Shown here: one piece after another, positions 18,402-25,864 of the stretch
Layout of the letters: the number at the start of each line of letters is the position of its first letter
Position numbering within the stretch: the first letter of the stretch is position 1
NCBI GenBank assembly: GCA_964415105.1
Contig: CAYPYT010000002.1
Location: forward strand, 1-28,614
From: an uncultured Planctomycetia bacterium
Lineage (GTDB): Bacteria; Omnitrophota; Gorgyraeia; Tantalellales; Tantalellaceae
Direction of reading: 5' to 3'
DNA: 28,614 bases
Notes under the pieces: generated by a model
What the model was told of the DNA's origin: nothing
What the model saw: the letters and a program-made list of their open reading frames with translations, nothing else
Database searches by the model: none
Program-made: the position numbers and the translations under genes

Positions 18402-19079
18402 TTATCCCTCTTTAAGTCTATATCCGGAACCCCGAACAGTTTCAATATAGTCGCGCGCCGTTTGAAGTTTTTTTCTGATGGATTTTATGTGCGCGTCTAT
18501 CGTTCTATCATAAATTTCAGAATCATACCCGAAAATATTATCCAAAAGTTTATTTCTGCTTATCACTACACCGGGCCGCGCTATCATGAATTCTAAAATT
18601 TTAAATTCGGTATGTGTCAACAAAACCTCTTTGCCCTCGACATACACCTTGTGTTTTACGCTATCAACTAATAGAATTCCCCGCGCCGTTTTTCGAGATA
18701 ACTTTGGAGCATCAACTCTTCTTAAAACCGCCTTGATCCTCGCGCTCAATTCTCTCGGACTGAAAGGTTTCGTTAAATAATCATCGGCCCCCAATTCCAG
18801 CCCGGCAACTTTATCCGCTTCGCGCGACTTTGCCGTGAGCATAATAATCGGGATTCGACCTGTTAGTTCATTATTTTTTAGAAGTTTGCAAACCTCAAAA
18901 CCGTCGATATCGGGAAGCATCAAATCCAAAAGAATCATATCCGGTCTGTCTTTTTTTGCCGAAGAAAACCCCTGTTTGCCGGTAATTGACGACGCAACAG
19001 TATACTTTTCTTTTTTTAAATTGTATTTGATCATCTCAACAATATCTTTGTCATCTTCAATAATAAGAATTTTTTTCAC
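18402..19079 (-). CDS. phoB: OmpR/PhoB-family response regulator
   Basis: Receiver domain (EDD, DLMLP, TAK) and winged helix (RTIDAHIK..R.KL, ETVRG.GY). GTG start. The pho assignment rests on context. Confidence 0.8.
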   Translation of the reverse strand: MKKILIIEDDKDIVEMIKYNLKKEKYTVASSITGKQGFSSAKKDRPDMILLDLMLPDIDGFEVCKLLKNNELTGRIPIIMLTAKSREADKVAGLELGADDYLTKPFSPRELSARIKAVLRRVDAPKLSRKTARGILLVDSVKHKVYVEGKEVLLTHTEFKILEFMIARPGVVISRNKLLDNIFGYDSEIYDRTIDAHIKSIRKKLQTARDYIETVRGSGYRLKEG

Positions 19080-19105
19080 AAGAATATCCCCCTCGTTAGT
19101 GAAAT

Positions 19106-19114
19106 ATTATATCA
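19106..19114 (-). promoter_or_regulatory. Extended -10 promoter element of the phoB/phoR-like operon
   Basis: TG-A-TATAAT 26 nt upstream of the GTG start. Confidence 0.5.
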
Positions 19115-19253
19115 TGCCGCCTCCCCGCCGGGCAGGGACCTCTCGCCTTCCAAAATCCGGATATGTTATTCATATTCGCCCTGTTCTTTGAATTGATACA
19201 GGCTAAAGTGCGGAATTCAGTAACCGGCGCGTTAAGTTCGCGTACCATGAGCA

Positions 19254-20567
19254 TCACTCGGAAAAATCCACAACCTGGACTTCATTTGTATCGTTTATCT
19301 TACTCATAAAATCATAAATTTTGTTATCAAAAATAATGTCGCTTCGCGCGATAGGTCTTTTTATATGTATACCTTCCAAAGTCCGGCACCGGCTTAACGC
19401 GACATATGTCTGGCCATGAGCAAAAGCTCCTCCTCCTATATCTATCATAACATCATCAAACGTCTGCCCTTGACTCTTATGTATAGTTATCGCCCATGCC
19501 AGTTTTATCGGGTATTGTTTGAAACTTCCGACAACTTCTTCCTCAATACGCCCGGTTTTTTTATTGTATGCATAGCGCACCTTTTCCCACGTCGTCTTGG
19601 GAACGTCACAAATTGTGTGATCTATGCTCACCCTGATTACTCCATCGGAAAGCTCCACTATTTCACAGATTGTCCCGTTCACCCATTGTTTTTTAGTGTC
19701 ATTTTTAAGCATGATCACCTGGGCGCCTGTTTTCAGCGTAATATCTTTTTCAGCAGGGTATTCCTTATCGTTAAATTCACCTTCCACGCTCGCGGAATAC
19801 ACAAATTCTTCGCGCGGAATTTGCGCCAAACGTTTTCGGTTAAGCGTATTCGCCACGTTATTCGTTGCCGTCAGAGTTACAACCCCTTCCGGAACATCAG
19901 ATATTTTCGAAGACACCCTTTCGTTTAAAACAGAAAGATCGTCCTTACTGCACTTATTTTCTCTAACCTTATTTAATAAATTTATAAACTTCTCATCTTT
20001 TTGCCTGTATATCTTGTTAAGAGAGATTACCCGCAGGCTAATTTCATCAAATACTTTCGCGCTGAAAAAATATGGGCTTTTATATTTTTGTTTAAGTATC
20101 TCTTTAAATTCCTGATTAACAACCGGCGGCAATTGAAAAAGATCGCCGAACAAGAGTATCCTCGCCCCGCCGAAAGGCTCATTATATGCATCCCGATTCA
20201 ACCTGAGAGAATAATCTATCCCGTCCAATAGATCCGCTCTTACCATAGACGCTTCATCAATAATGACAGCATCTATCCTCTCCATTAGATCACCCTTATT
20301 CAAACGTCTTATATGCTCTTCCAGAATCAATCTTGGCGGAAACCTAAAAAAAGAATGGATAGTTTGCCCCCGAACCTTGATCGCCGCCACCCCGGTCGGA
20401 GCCAATACCACCACATTCTTTTTGGTGTTCATCCTGAAATATTCCAATAAAGTCGACTTCCCTGTTCCCGCTTTTCCTGTAATCAATATATGTTCGCGAG
20501 AATTCTCCAAAAGCTCAAAAGCCTCCCGAAATTCATCACTAAACTCAAAATCCCCCGGAAGCCCCAT
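19254..20567 (-). CDS. Pif1-like superfamily 1B DNA helicase
   Basis: GKAGTGKS, APTGVAA, IDEASMV, GDLFQLPPV, QYPIKLAWAITIHKSQG and YVALSRC. Confidence 0.9.
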   Translation of the reverse strand: MGLPGDFEFSDEFREAFELLENSREHILITGKAGTGKSTLLEYFRMNTKKNVVVLAPTGVAAIKVRGQTIHSFFRFPPRLILEEHIRRLNKGDLMERIDAVIIDEASMVRADLLDGIDYSLRLNRDAYNEPFGGARILLFGDLFQLPPVVNQEFKEILKQKYKSPYFFSAKVFDEISLRVISLNKIYRQKDEKFINLLNKVRENKCSKDDLSVLNERVSSKISDVPEGVVTLTATNNVANTLNRKRLAQIPREEFVYSASVEGEFNDKEYPAEKDITLKTGAQVIMLKNDTKKQWVNGTICEIVELSDGVIRVSIDHTICDVPKTTWEKVRYAYNKKTGRIEEEVVGSFKQYPIKLAWAITIHKSQGQTFDDVMIDIGGGAFAHGQTYVALSRCRTLEGIHIKRPIARSDIIFDNKIYDFMSKINDTNEVQVVDFSE

Positions 20568-20605
20568 CCCCCGCCCACCTCCATTTTTTAAATAGGGACA
20601 GACAC

Positions 20606-21286
20606 CTATTTACCGTTTATTTTCCGCTGTCGCCCTCTCGGCTTTAATTTTAAGAACCGATTAAGTTTTTTTTCAAGCTTTTCTACGAAATTCTCGGCTC
20701 CCAACGGTCTTCCTTTTCTTGTATTTTCTCGTATTCGGTTTACTTCCTTTGCATCAGCTTGTACGCTTATAAATTTTTTCCATTCTTTTTGCTCATATCC
20801 CATATAATCGAAAAATTTATTTACTCCCAATTCATCACGCTCGTCCGCACCACAGTGCGTCTTCGCGCTTGACCATTCCCATAATTCCGGCTTCTCCACC
20901 ATTTTCGCCCTCACAGCGTTTTGTTCTATATAACGCGCGCAGGCTATAGTATGCCTTTCATCCATAACACATGAAAAAAATCGTCCCTGGAACAAATGAC
21001 CGGATGTCTCCATTTCCTTATTGTAATACTGTGAATATTTCATATGCGCATATTTAAAAACATTTGCCATTGAATCTTCTTCTTCGGGAACGGCTATAAA
21101 ATGAACGTGGTTCGACATAAGACTGTATGTTAATATCGTTAAATGATATTTATCGGCTTCTTTTTTTAGGAAGGATATATACTTTTTACGATCAGCGTCA
21201 TCGGAGAATATATTCTGCCGATAGTTTCCTCTTTGGGTGATGTGATGCGGATACCCCACAGCTACGACTCTTGCAATCCTTGGCAT
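20606..21286 (-). CDS. REP-associated tyrosine transposase (Y1 HUH, IS200/IS605 TnpA superfamily)
   Basis: MPR.AR....HH(I)TQRGN, HUH motif LMSNHVHF, GHLFQGRF.S, catalytic Tyr in RYIEQN, and C-terminal PRGR. Confidence 0.93.
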   Translation of the reverse strand: MPRIARVVAVGYPHHITQRGNYRQNIFSDDADRKKYISFLKKEADKYHLTILTYSLMSNHVHFIAVPEEEDSMANVFKYAHMKYSQYYNKEMETSGHLFQGRFFSCVMDERHTIACARYIEQNAVRAKMVEKPELWEWSSAKTHCGADERDELGVNKFFDYMGYEQKEWKKFISVQADAKEVNRIRENTRKGRPLGAENFVEKLEKKLNRFLKLKPRGRQRKINGK

Positions 21287-21292
21287 AGGCGT

Positions 21293-21321
21293 ATTGTATC
21301 TATTTATCTGCGCAGTGTCAA
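21293..21321 (-). promoter_or_regulatory. Near-consensus sigma70 promoter of RAYT, probably leaderless
   Basis: TTGACA-N17-TACAAT, then 6 nt to the ATG. No Shine-Dalgarno. Confidence 0.7.
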
Positions 21322-21344
21322 TTTAAATAGGTGTCTGTCCCTAT

Positions 21345-21755
21345 TTAAAAAACCATTTTGCTTTTTCTTTTGGGGATTTTTTTTGTTTCAACCTTTTCAT
21401 CTATGGATGGTACTTGGCAAATGCCCTCTACTAAGGCTCCTTCGTCAACGATTAAAACAGGTGTTTTGATTTTACCTGTCACTCTCGCCGACGCGGCGAG
21501 TTTTAGCCGCGTACTGCTAATAACATCTCCTGTCACTTTACCAAATATGTTTATGTCTTCTCCTTGAATTGTCTTAGCGTTTATTTCCGCCTTTTCACCG
21601 ATAGTTAAGGTTCCTTTTGTCTCCAAAGTACCTTTGAACTTGCTGTTTATCTTCAAATTAACCGGGGTGCTAAATTTAAGATCACCTGTCATTTCAGAAT
21701 CGATCTCGATAACTTTATCTTGCTCTTTTGATTTATTTCTTTTAAACATAAGCAC
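21345..21755 (-). CDS. Bactofilin (polymer-forming cytoskeletal protein)
   Basis: Beta-helix repeats (GDL.F...LKINSKFKG, LTIGEKA.I, I.GKV.GDV, A.V.GKI.TP.L.VDEGA..EG.C). Start at 21755 (GTG) or 21749 (ATG). Confidence 0.9.
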   Translation of the reverse strand: MLMFKRNKSKEQDKVIEIDSEMTGDLKFSTPVNLKINSKFKGTLETKGTLTIGEKAEINAKTIQGEDINIFGKVTGDVISSTRLKLAASARVTGKIKTPVLIVDEGALVEGICQVPSIDEKVETKKIPKRKSKMVF

Positions 21756-21777
21756 TTCCCTTTCCTAAACTCATAAT

Positions 21778-21882
21778 CTACATGCCGCCCAACAAACCGG
21801 AGAACTTACGTTTTATGATCATATACATGACGCAAATTACCCATGCTAATATTGAAGTCCGTATTATGATTTTAGTTTTCAC
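21778..21882 (-). CDS. Putative 34-aa single-TM small protein
   Basis: GTG 9 nt after AAGGAG; MKTKIIIRTSILAWVICVMYMIIKRKFSGLLGGM*. Fills the gap between two co-oriented genes. Confidence 0.35.
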   Translation of the reverse strand: MKTKIIIRTSILAWVICVMYMIIKRKFSGLLGGM

Positions 21883-21907
21883 CCTATTCATCTCCTTTTA
21901 TGCGAAT

Positions 21908-22591
21908 TTACACCGCGATATTTGAGACAAGATACGTTTCTATGGACTTAAACCGCTCTCTGTTTTTTTTGTAAAATGGAAGCAATTTGTGGTACTTTCT
22001 TACCTTCTCTACATCTTTTACCTCAATAATTTGAATGCTCTTGGGAAGCCACTTTTTAATGTTGTGGTAGGCGCCAATAAAAAGAATACCTTTCTCGCCA
22101 TGACATAAAGTCTTATCTATGCTTTTTGCAATAAATTTATCCCTTTTTCTCAAAAGCCTGTCTTTTGTAAGTGTGTACCTCGCGTACGCGAATAATTTAT
22201 TGATAATCGGCTTTTTTTGTATCAAGGCTTGCAGTTTGTCCCGCTCCTTTTTAACAAGATTGAAATCTTCGGTTTTAACCAAAATAGCGCCTTTAGAAAG
22301 AAGTTTTGACACTAATTTATAATTTTTACTTCCGGACTTTACTCCCTCATCAACGATTGCCCGCGCCACTTCACCTTCGGTCATCATTCCATCCTGATAT
22401 ACTTTTACATCTTCTATGTTCATTGAATCGAAATAATTTGAAATAACATTCCAAAAAACATCAACTGTTTTTCTGTGTCTCCACCAAAGCTCTTCTCCTA
22501 AATCAGCTATGGCTCGTTTTGTCATATCTTCCGCCAAAGAGCCGAGGTCCGCGTTTGTATGAATGATCGGGACATAAATTAGTGTTCGCAT
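21908..22591 (-). CDS. Hypothetical protein at the distal end of the gvp cluster; possible TraB/Tiki-like fold
   Basis: 227 aa with IIHT, YQDG, RDKFIAKSI and GILFIGAYH. The fold call is an inference. Confidence 0.7.
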   Translation of the reverse strand: MRTLIYVPIIHTNADLGSLAEDMTKRAIADLGEELWWRHRKTVDVFWNVISNYFDSMNIEDVKVYQDGMMTEGEVARAIVDEGVKSGSKNYKLVSKLLSKGAILVKTEDFNLVKKERDKLQALIQKKPIINKLFAYARYTLTKDRLLRKRDKFIAKSIDKTLCHGEKGILFIGAYHNIKKWLPKSIQIIEVKDVEKVRKYHKLLPFYKKNRERFKSIETYLVSNIAV

Positions 22592-22605
22592 TTCAATTAA
22601 ACCTT

Positions 22606-22899
22606 TTATTTTACTTTTATCTTTTGCTCCAGCCGTTCCATCCTTTTTTCAAGCGCTGTTGTTTCTTTTTCCTTCGCTTTTGACGATAAATATGGATCCT
22701 GCTGCCACCAATTTATTCCCATCTCCATCGCTTTGTCAACGGAGGCAACAAGAAGCCGTATCTTAATGTTAAGTAGATCAATGTCGGCAAGCTGGATTTT
22801 TATATCTCCTGCTATTACAATTCCCTTATCCAATACCCGCTCTAAAATATCCGCGAGATTAGTGGCCTGATTCGCGTGCATCATTTTTGTTTCACCCAT
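22606..22899 (-). CDS. gvpJ: Gas vesicle protein, GvpJ-like (GvpA/J/S family)
   Basis: LADILERVLDKGIVIAGDI...LL.IKIRLLVASVDKA.EMGINWWQQDPYLS. Confidence 0.88.
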   Translation of the reverse strand: MGETKMMHANQATNLADILERVLDKGIVIAGDIKIQLADIDLLNIKIRLLVASVDKAMEMGINWWQQDPYLSSKAKEKETTALEKRMERLEQKIKVK

Positions 22900-22914
22900 A
22901 AAACTTCCCCCTTC

Positions 22915-23196
22915 TTACTCTGTTAATTCTTTTGCCTTTATGACCAGGTTCGCTACTTTTTCGCGTAATCGCGCGAGGACATGACACTCCATGCAATTGG
23001 ATTTTTCACTGCTGTAATCCGGACAGGAAAGAAGCACTTCGACTTCTTTTAGAATTTCTTCAGCCAATTTCACTTTCTCGTGTATCACTTTGGTATTATT
23101 AATTTCGCGCGTTAAATCTTTTATTATTGGTTCTTGTTTTTGAAATATCTGACAACATATTTTGGGAGGCTCTTCATTCATGCTTGCTCCTTTCAC
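22915..23196 (-). CDS. Cys-rich small hypothetical protein within the gvp cluster
   Basis: 93 aa with CC near the N-terminus and C-x9-CxxCH. Start overlaps the gvpK stop (ATGA). Confidence 0.7.
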   Translation of the reverse strand: MKGASMNEEPPKICCQIFQKQEPIIKDLTREINNTKVIHEKVKLAEEILKEVEVLLSCPDYSSEKSNCMECHVLARLREKVANLVIKAKELTE

Positions 23197-23534
23197 ATCA
23201 AATCCCCTAAAGGCCCTAAATTTATATTTAGCTCTTCGTCCTTAACTCCGAATATATCTTTCAACTCTTTCATCTTATTATCTATTTGCATAAAGGCCTC
23301 ACCGATACTTTCTATCTTCTCGCCCGAAAGCGAACCGCCGTCCATTCTTCTAATGGCCTGTTTTTCCAAGAGTTTTCTGATCAACTCAATAAGCGTAAGA
23401 ACCAACTTCGCTAAACCTTTTTCCACATTCTTCGGGTCGATGTTAATTCTTTCAACATCAGAGCCTTCTACTTCGTCCGGATCTTTAACAATTATTCCCG
23501 CGGATGTTCTATTCATTTTAAGCTGACTCCTCAT
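23193..23534 (-). CDS. gvpK: Gas vesicle protein GvpK
   Basis: RINIDP.NVEKGLAKLVLT.IELIR.LLE.QAIRR and LNINLGPLG. Start may be ATG 23516. Confidence 0.92.
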   Translation of the reverse strand: MRSQLKMNRTSAGIIVKDPDEVEGSDVERINIDPKNVEKGLAKLVLTLIELIRKLLEKQAIRRMDGGSLSGEKIESIGEAFMQIDNKMKELKDIFGVKDEELNINLGPLGDLM

Positions 23535-23733
23535 TGGCGCCTGAGATCGGCGCTCCTCGATAACGTTCCATAGTTTCCACTGAACTAAGCATTACCCTTA
23601 ACCCGATATATATAAGATCTACATCAGCTACAGAAATCACAATATCTCCTGAGGCGATTACACCTTTATCTAGGGCTACGTCTAAGATCTTTAAAAGTGT
23701 TACATCTTTTGATTTTGTAATAGCATCAGCCAT
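23518..23733 (-). CDS. Gas vesicle protein, GvpA/J/S family (GvpS-like)
   Basis: VTLL.ILD..LDKGV...GDIVISVADVDLIYIGLRVMLSSVETM. Confidence 0.85.
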   Translation of the reverse strand: MADAITKSKDVTLLKILDVALDKGVIASGDIVISVADVDLIYIGLRVMLSSVETMERYRGAPISGANEESA

Positions 23734-23751
23734 TTGTGCCTTTCTCTTTTC

Positions 23752-24549
23752 TCATTGGGTCCCACAAAAATTATAAGGCGGCCAGACCCCGGTACAATCG
23801 AAGATTAGCCCTTTATCCGCGTATTTATCCTTAAGACTCGTCAGGATATTTTCAAACTCTTTTATCCGTTTGCTGTTTATCAATAACGCGACGTTTAAAA
23901 CCATATCTTCTTTTTTTTCTGTCACTTCTTTGGGGAGCAGTTTATTAAGCCTACTATCCACAGCCGTCCTTTTTAATCTTTCAAAACAGTCTTTCATGTA
24001 TTCATCAATTTTTTCTTCCATAACATTTTTTATGATTTCATCCTTTTTCTTTTTCAAAAAATATGCTTTGCCCTTGCCGGCAGAGGTTATCTCTCTGTCT
24101 TTTTCTTTGATCAATTCGTTTTCCGCACAAAGAACGTCTTTAAAAAATTCACTGTTACGATATATCTTGAGACCCCATTCCTCTTTGCCATCCAAGCCCG
24201 CCAACACAGCTTTAAACTCGAGATTGTTCGTTTTAAGCAGTTTTTCTACATTCGCTTCCTTTTCAAAAACCGTTCCGAACTTAAAAGGGAGAACCGTCTG
24301 ATCCTTCATGATCTCTTCTATTACCTTTTCATGAAGCCGGGTATTTTTCTCCACCCAATCCATGTCGGTCAAATTCTTTTTTTGGCTATCTTCGCTAAAA
24401 TCATTGGGCAAAACCCTGCTGACAACCGCGTAAGTTCCACGAAAGTAAACGGGATAAACCCTAAGTCCCATTTCTTCAAAATTACCTCGACTCGGCTTTG
24501 CCTTAGTGACACAATATAAGTAAATAAGTGTTTTTTCTTCTGTCTTCAT
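23752..24549 (-). CDS. GvpL/GvpF family gas vesicle protein
   Basis: YLYCV, HE.VIE, VLPFKFGTVF, EEWGLKIY, LNVALL and WPPYNF. Confidence 0.9.
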   Translation of the reverse strand: MKTEEKTLIYLYCVTKAKPSRGNFEEMGLRVYPVYFRGTYAVVSRVLPNDFSEDSQKKNLTDMDWVEKNTRLHEKVIEEIMKDQTVLPFKFGTVFEKEANVEKLLKTNNLEFKAVLAGLDGKEEWGLKIYRNSEFFKDVLCAENELIKEKDREITSAGKGKAYFLKKKKDEIIKNVMEEKIDEYMKDCFERLKRTAVDSRLNKLLPKEVTEKKEDMVLNVALLINSKRIKEFENILTSLKDKYADKGLIFDCTGVWPPYNFCGTQ

Positions 24550-24590
24550 ATGTTATACCTACGTTTTAACAAAATTATCCAGCCGGCTTA

Positions 24591-24836
24591 TTATCCTTTG
24601 CGTTCATAAGAATCAATTTCTAAATTATCATTCAGCTTAACCACATAAATATTCCTGTCCTGAACCTTAGTCGACAGGCCGAGGGATTTTATAAACGAGC
24701 TCTCTTCGTAAGCCTCAGCTTCGCTCTCCCAGCCATCATCGACTTTTGAGGCCTTAATCACTTTTACATCCTTGACATTGAGAGTTTTTTTCAAAAATTC
24801 CACGACTGTTTTTTTTGTGTCTTCAATATTTGCCAT
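24591..24836 (-). CDS. gvpO: Gas vesicle protein, GvpO/GvpR-like
   Basis: 81 aa with GW..E.E.YEE and Y.VKL...LEI.SYER; located inside the gvp cluster. Confidence 0.65.
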   Translation of the reverse strand: MANIEDTKKTVVEFLKKTLNVKDVKVIKASKVDDGWESEAEAYEESSFIKSLGLSTKVQDRNIYVVKLNDNLEIDSYERKG

Positions 24837-24857
24837 TTCCGCCCCCCCTTAAATTTT

Positions 24858-25094
24858 TTAAGTTAAACCCTTCGACTCCCTAATAGCATCCAAGCGCTCT
24901 AAAAGTTCTTTTTCCAGGACGTTATATTCCTTTTCATTTATTTCATCCATTTCAAACCTTAGTTGCGCCCGCATAAGTTCTTCTTTCACGAGCCCTTCGT
25001 CGGACATCTCTTTTTCCATTATATCGTTAACCTTTTTTCCGATCCAGATCACGCCGTTTAACGGCGCGAGCAGTATATCGTCGAGTAAAAACAT
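24858..25094 (-). CDS. gvpG: Gas vesicle protein GvpG
   Basis: MFLLDDILLAPL.GV.WI and L..AQLRFE..EI.E.EY..LE.ELLERL. Confidence 0.9.
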   Translation of the reverse strand: MFLLDDILLAPLNGVIWIGKKVNDIMEKEMSDEGLVKEELMRAQLRFEMDEINEKEYNVLEKELLERLDAIRESKGLT

Positions 25095-25096
25095 CT

Positions 25097-25864
25097 TTAA
25101 TACCTTCCTGTCTCGATTACCAGATTAACAAAATTAAACGGCGGCAGTATTCCTACATATTTAAACTTTATTTTATCGCCATATCGCGCGTCAAGCGCTT
25201 GGACTCTTTGGTCAAACTCCGGCTCATTATCTTCGGGTACTAAAAAGGCGGCGTTTATGATCATCCTTTCACCGTAAGGAGTGTTGACCTTCGTATCTTG
25301 CGCCAAAGGTGAGAGCGTATTTAAGATCTCATCCTTGTGAATATCTTTCTCTTTCTGCAGGGCCGCTTCGACCTTCCTGCCGATTTCAACACGCAGATAG
25401 TAAGTTTTTCCCGAGGGCTCAGACGATATCGCCTCTTTAAGCTTCCTGATGTCCTCGTATTTTTCCAATATCTCTTTGTATATTATCTCTTCGTTAAACA
25501 TCGCTTTAATCGCGAACTCTTTTTTGCCCCTGATTTTATCCAGCAGATCTTTAAATTTATCGTACTCTTTTTCCAGTATCTTCTTAACCATCTCTTCGTT
25601 TTCGGCGATCGTTACGAATCTTACCGGCAGAACCGTATATTCTTTCATCACTTCCTCAATTGCTCTTTCATGGGCAAACATATTTTCGCTTGAGATAGGA
25701 TATTTTTTAATCGGAGAATTACTGACTACAGCCGCGATGCCGTTAAAACAAATTGTACGCACTTCATCCTGTCTGCCTCCGATACCCAGCGGACCAAAGG
25801 ATTGAGTTTCATTCGATTCGATTATACAGTATATGTACTTGCCTTCTTTTATGATTACATCCAT
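25097..25864 (-). CDS. GvpL/GvpF family gas vesicle protein
   Basis: GKYIYCI, AHERAIEEVM, VLPVRF, INAAFLV and LPPFNFV. Confidence 0.9.
   Translation of the reverse strand: MDVIIKEGKYIYCIIESNETQSFGPLGIGGRQDEVRTICFNGIAAVVSNSPIKKYPISSENMFAHERAIEEVMKEYTVLPVRFVTIAENEEMVKKILEKEYDKFKDLLDKIRGKKEFAIKAMFNEEIIYKEILEKYEDIRKLKEAISSEPSGKTYYLRVEIGRKVEAALQKEKDIHKDEILNTLSPLAQDTKVNTPYGERMIINAAFLVPEDNEPEFDQRVQALDARYGDKIKFKYVGILPPFNFVNLVIETGRY

Larger units (their letters stand above)
20584..21352 (-). mobile_element. RAYT locus bounded by perfect 29-bp inverted palindromic repeats
   Basis: TTTTTTAAATAGGGACAGACACCTATTTA (20584-20612) and its exact reverse complement (21324-21352) flank the transposase. Confidence 0.85.

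Noticed and set aside
22982-22996. CMECH as a c-type heme-binding motif
   Set aside because: No signal peptide or membrane anchor for export to heme-attachment machinery. Treated as a generic metal site instead.
22606-23733. Calling either GvpA/J/S-family gene the major shell protein gvpA
   Set aside because: Both lack GvpA hallmarks (IDAWVRVSLVGIE, VETYLKYA) and better fit GvpJ and GvpS types.
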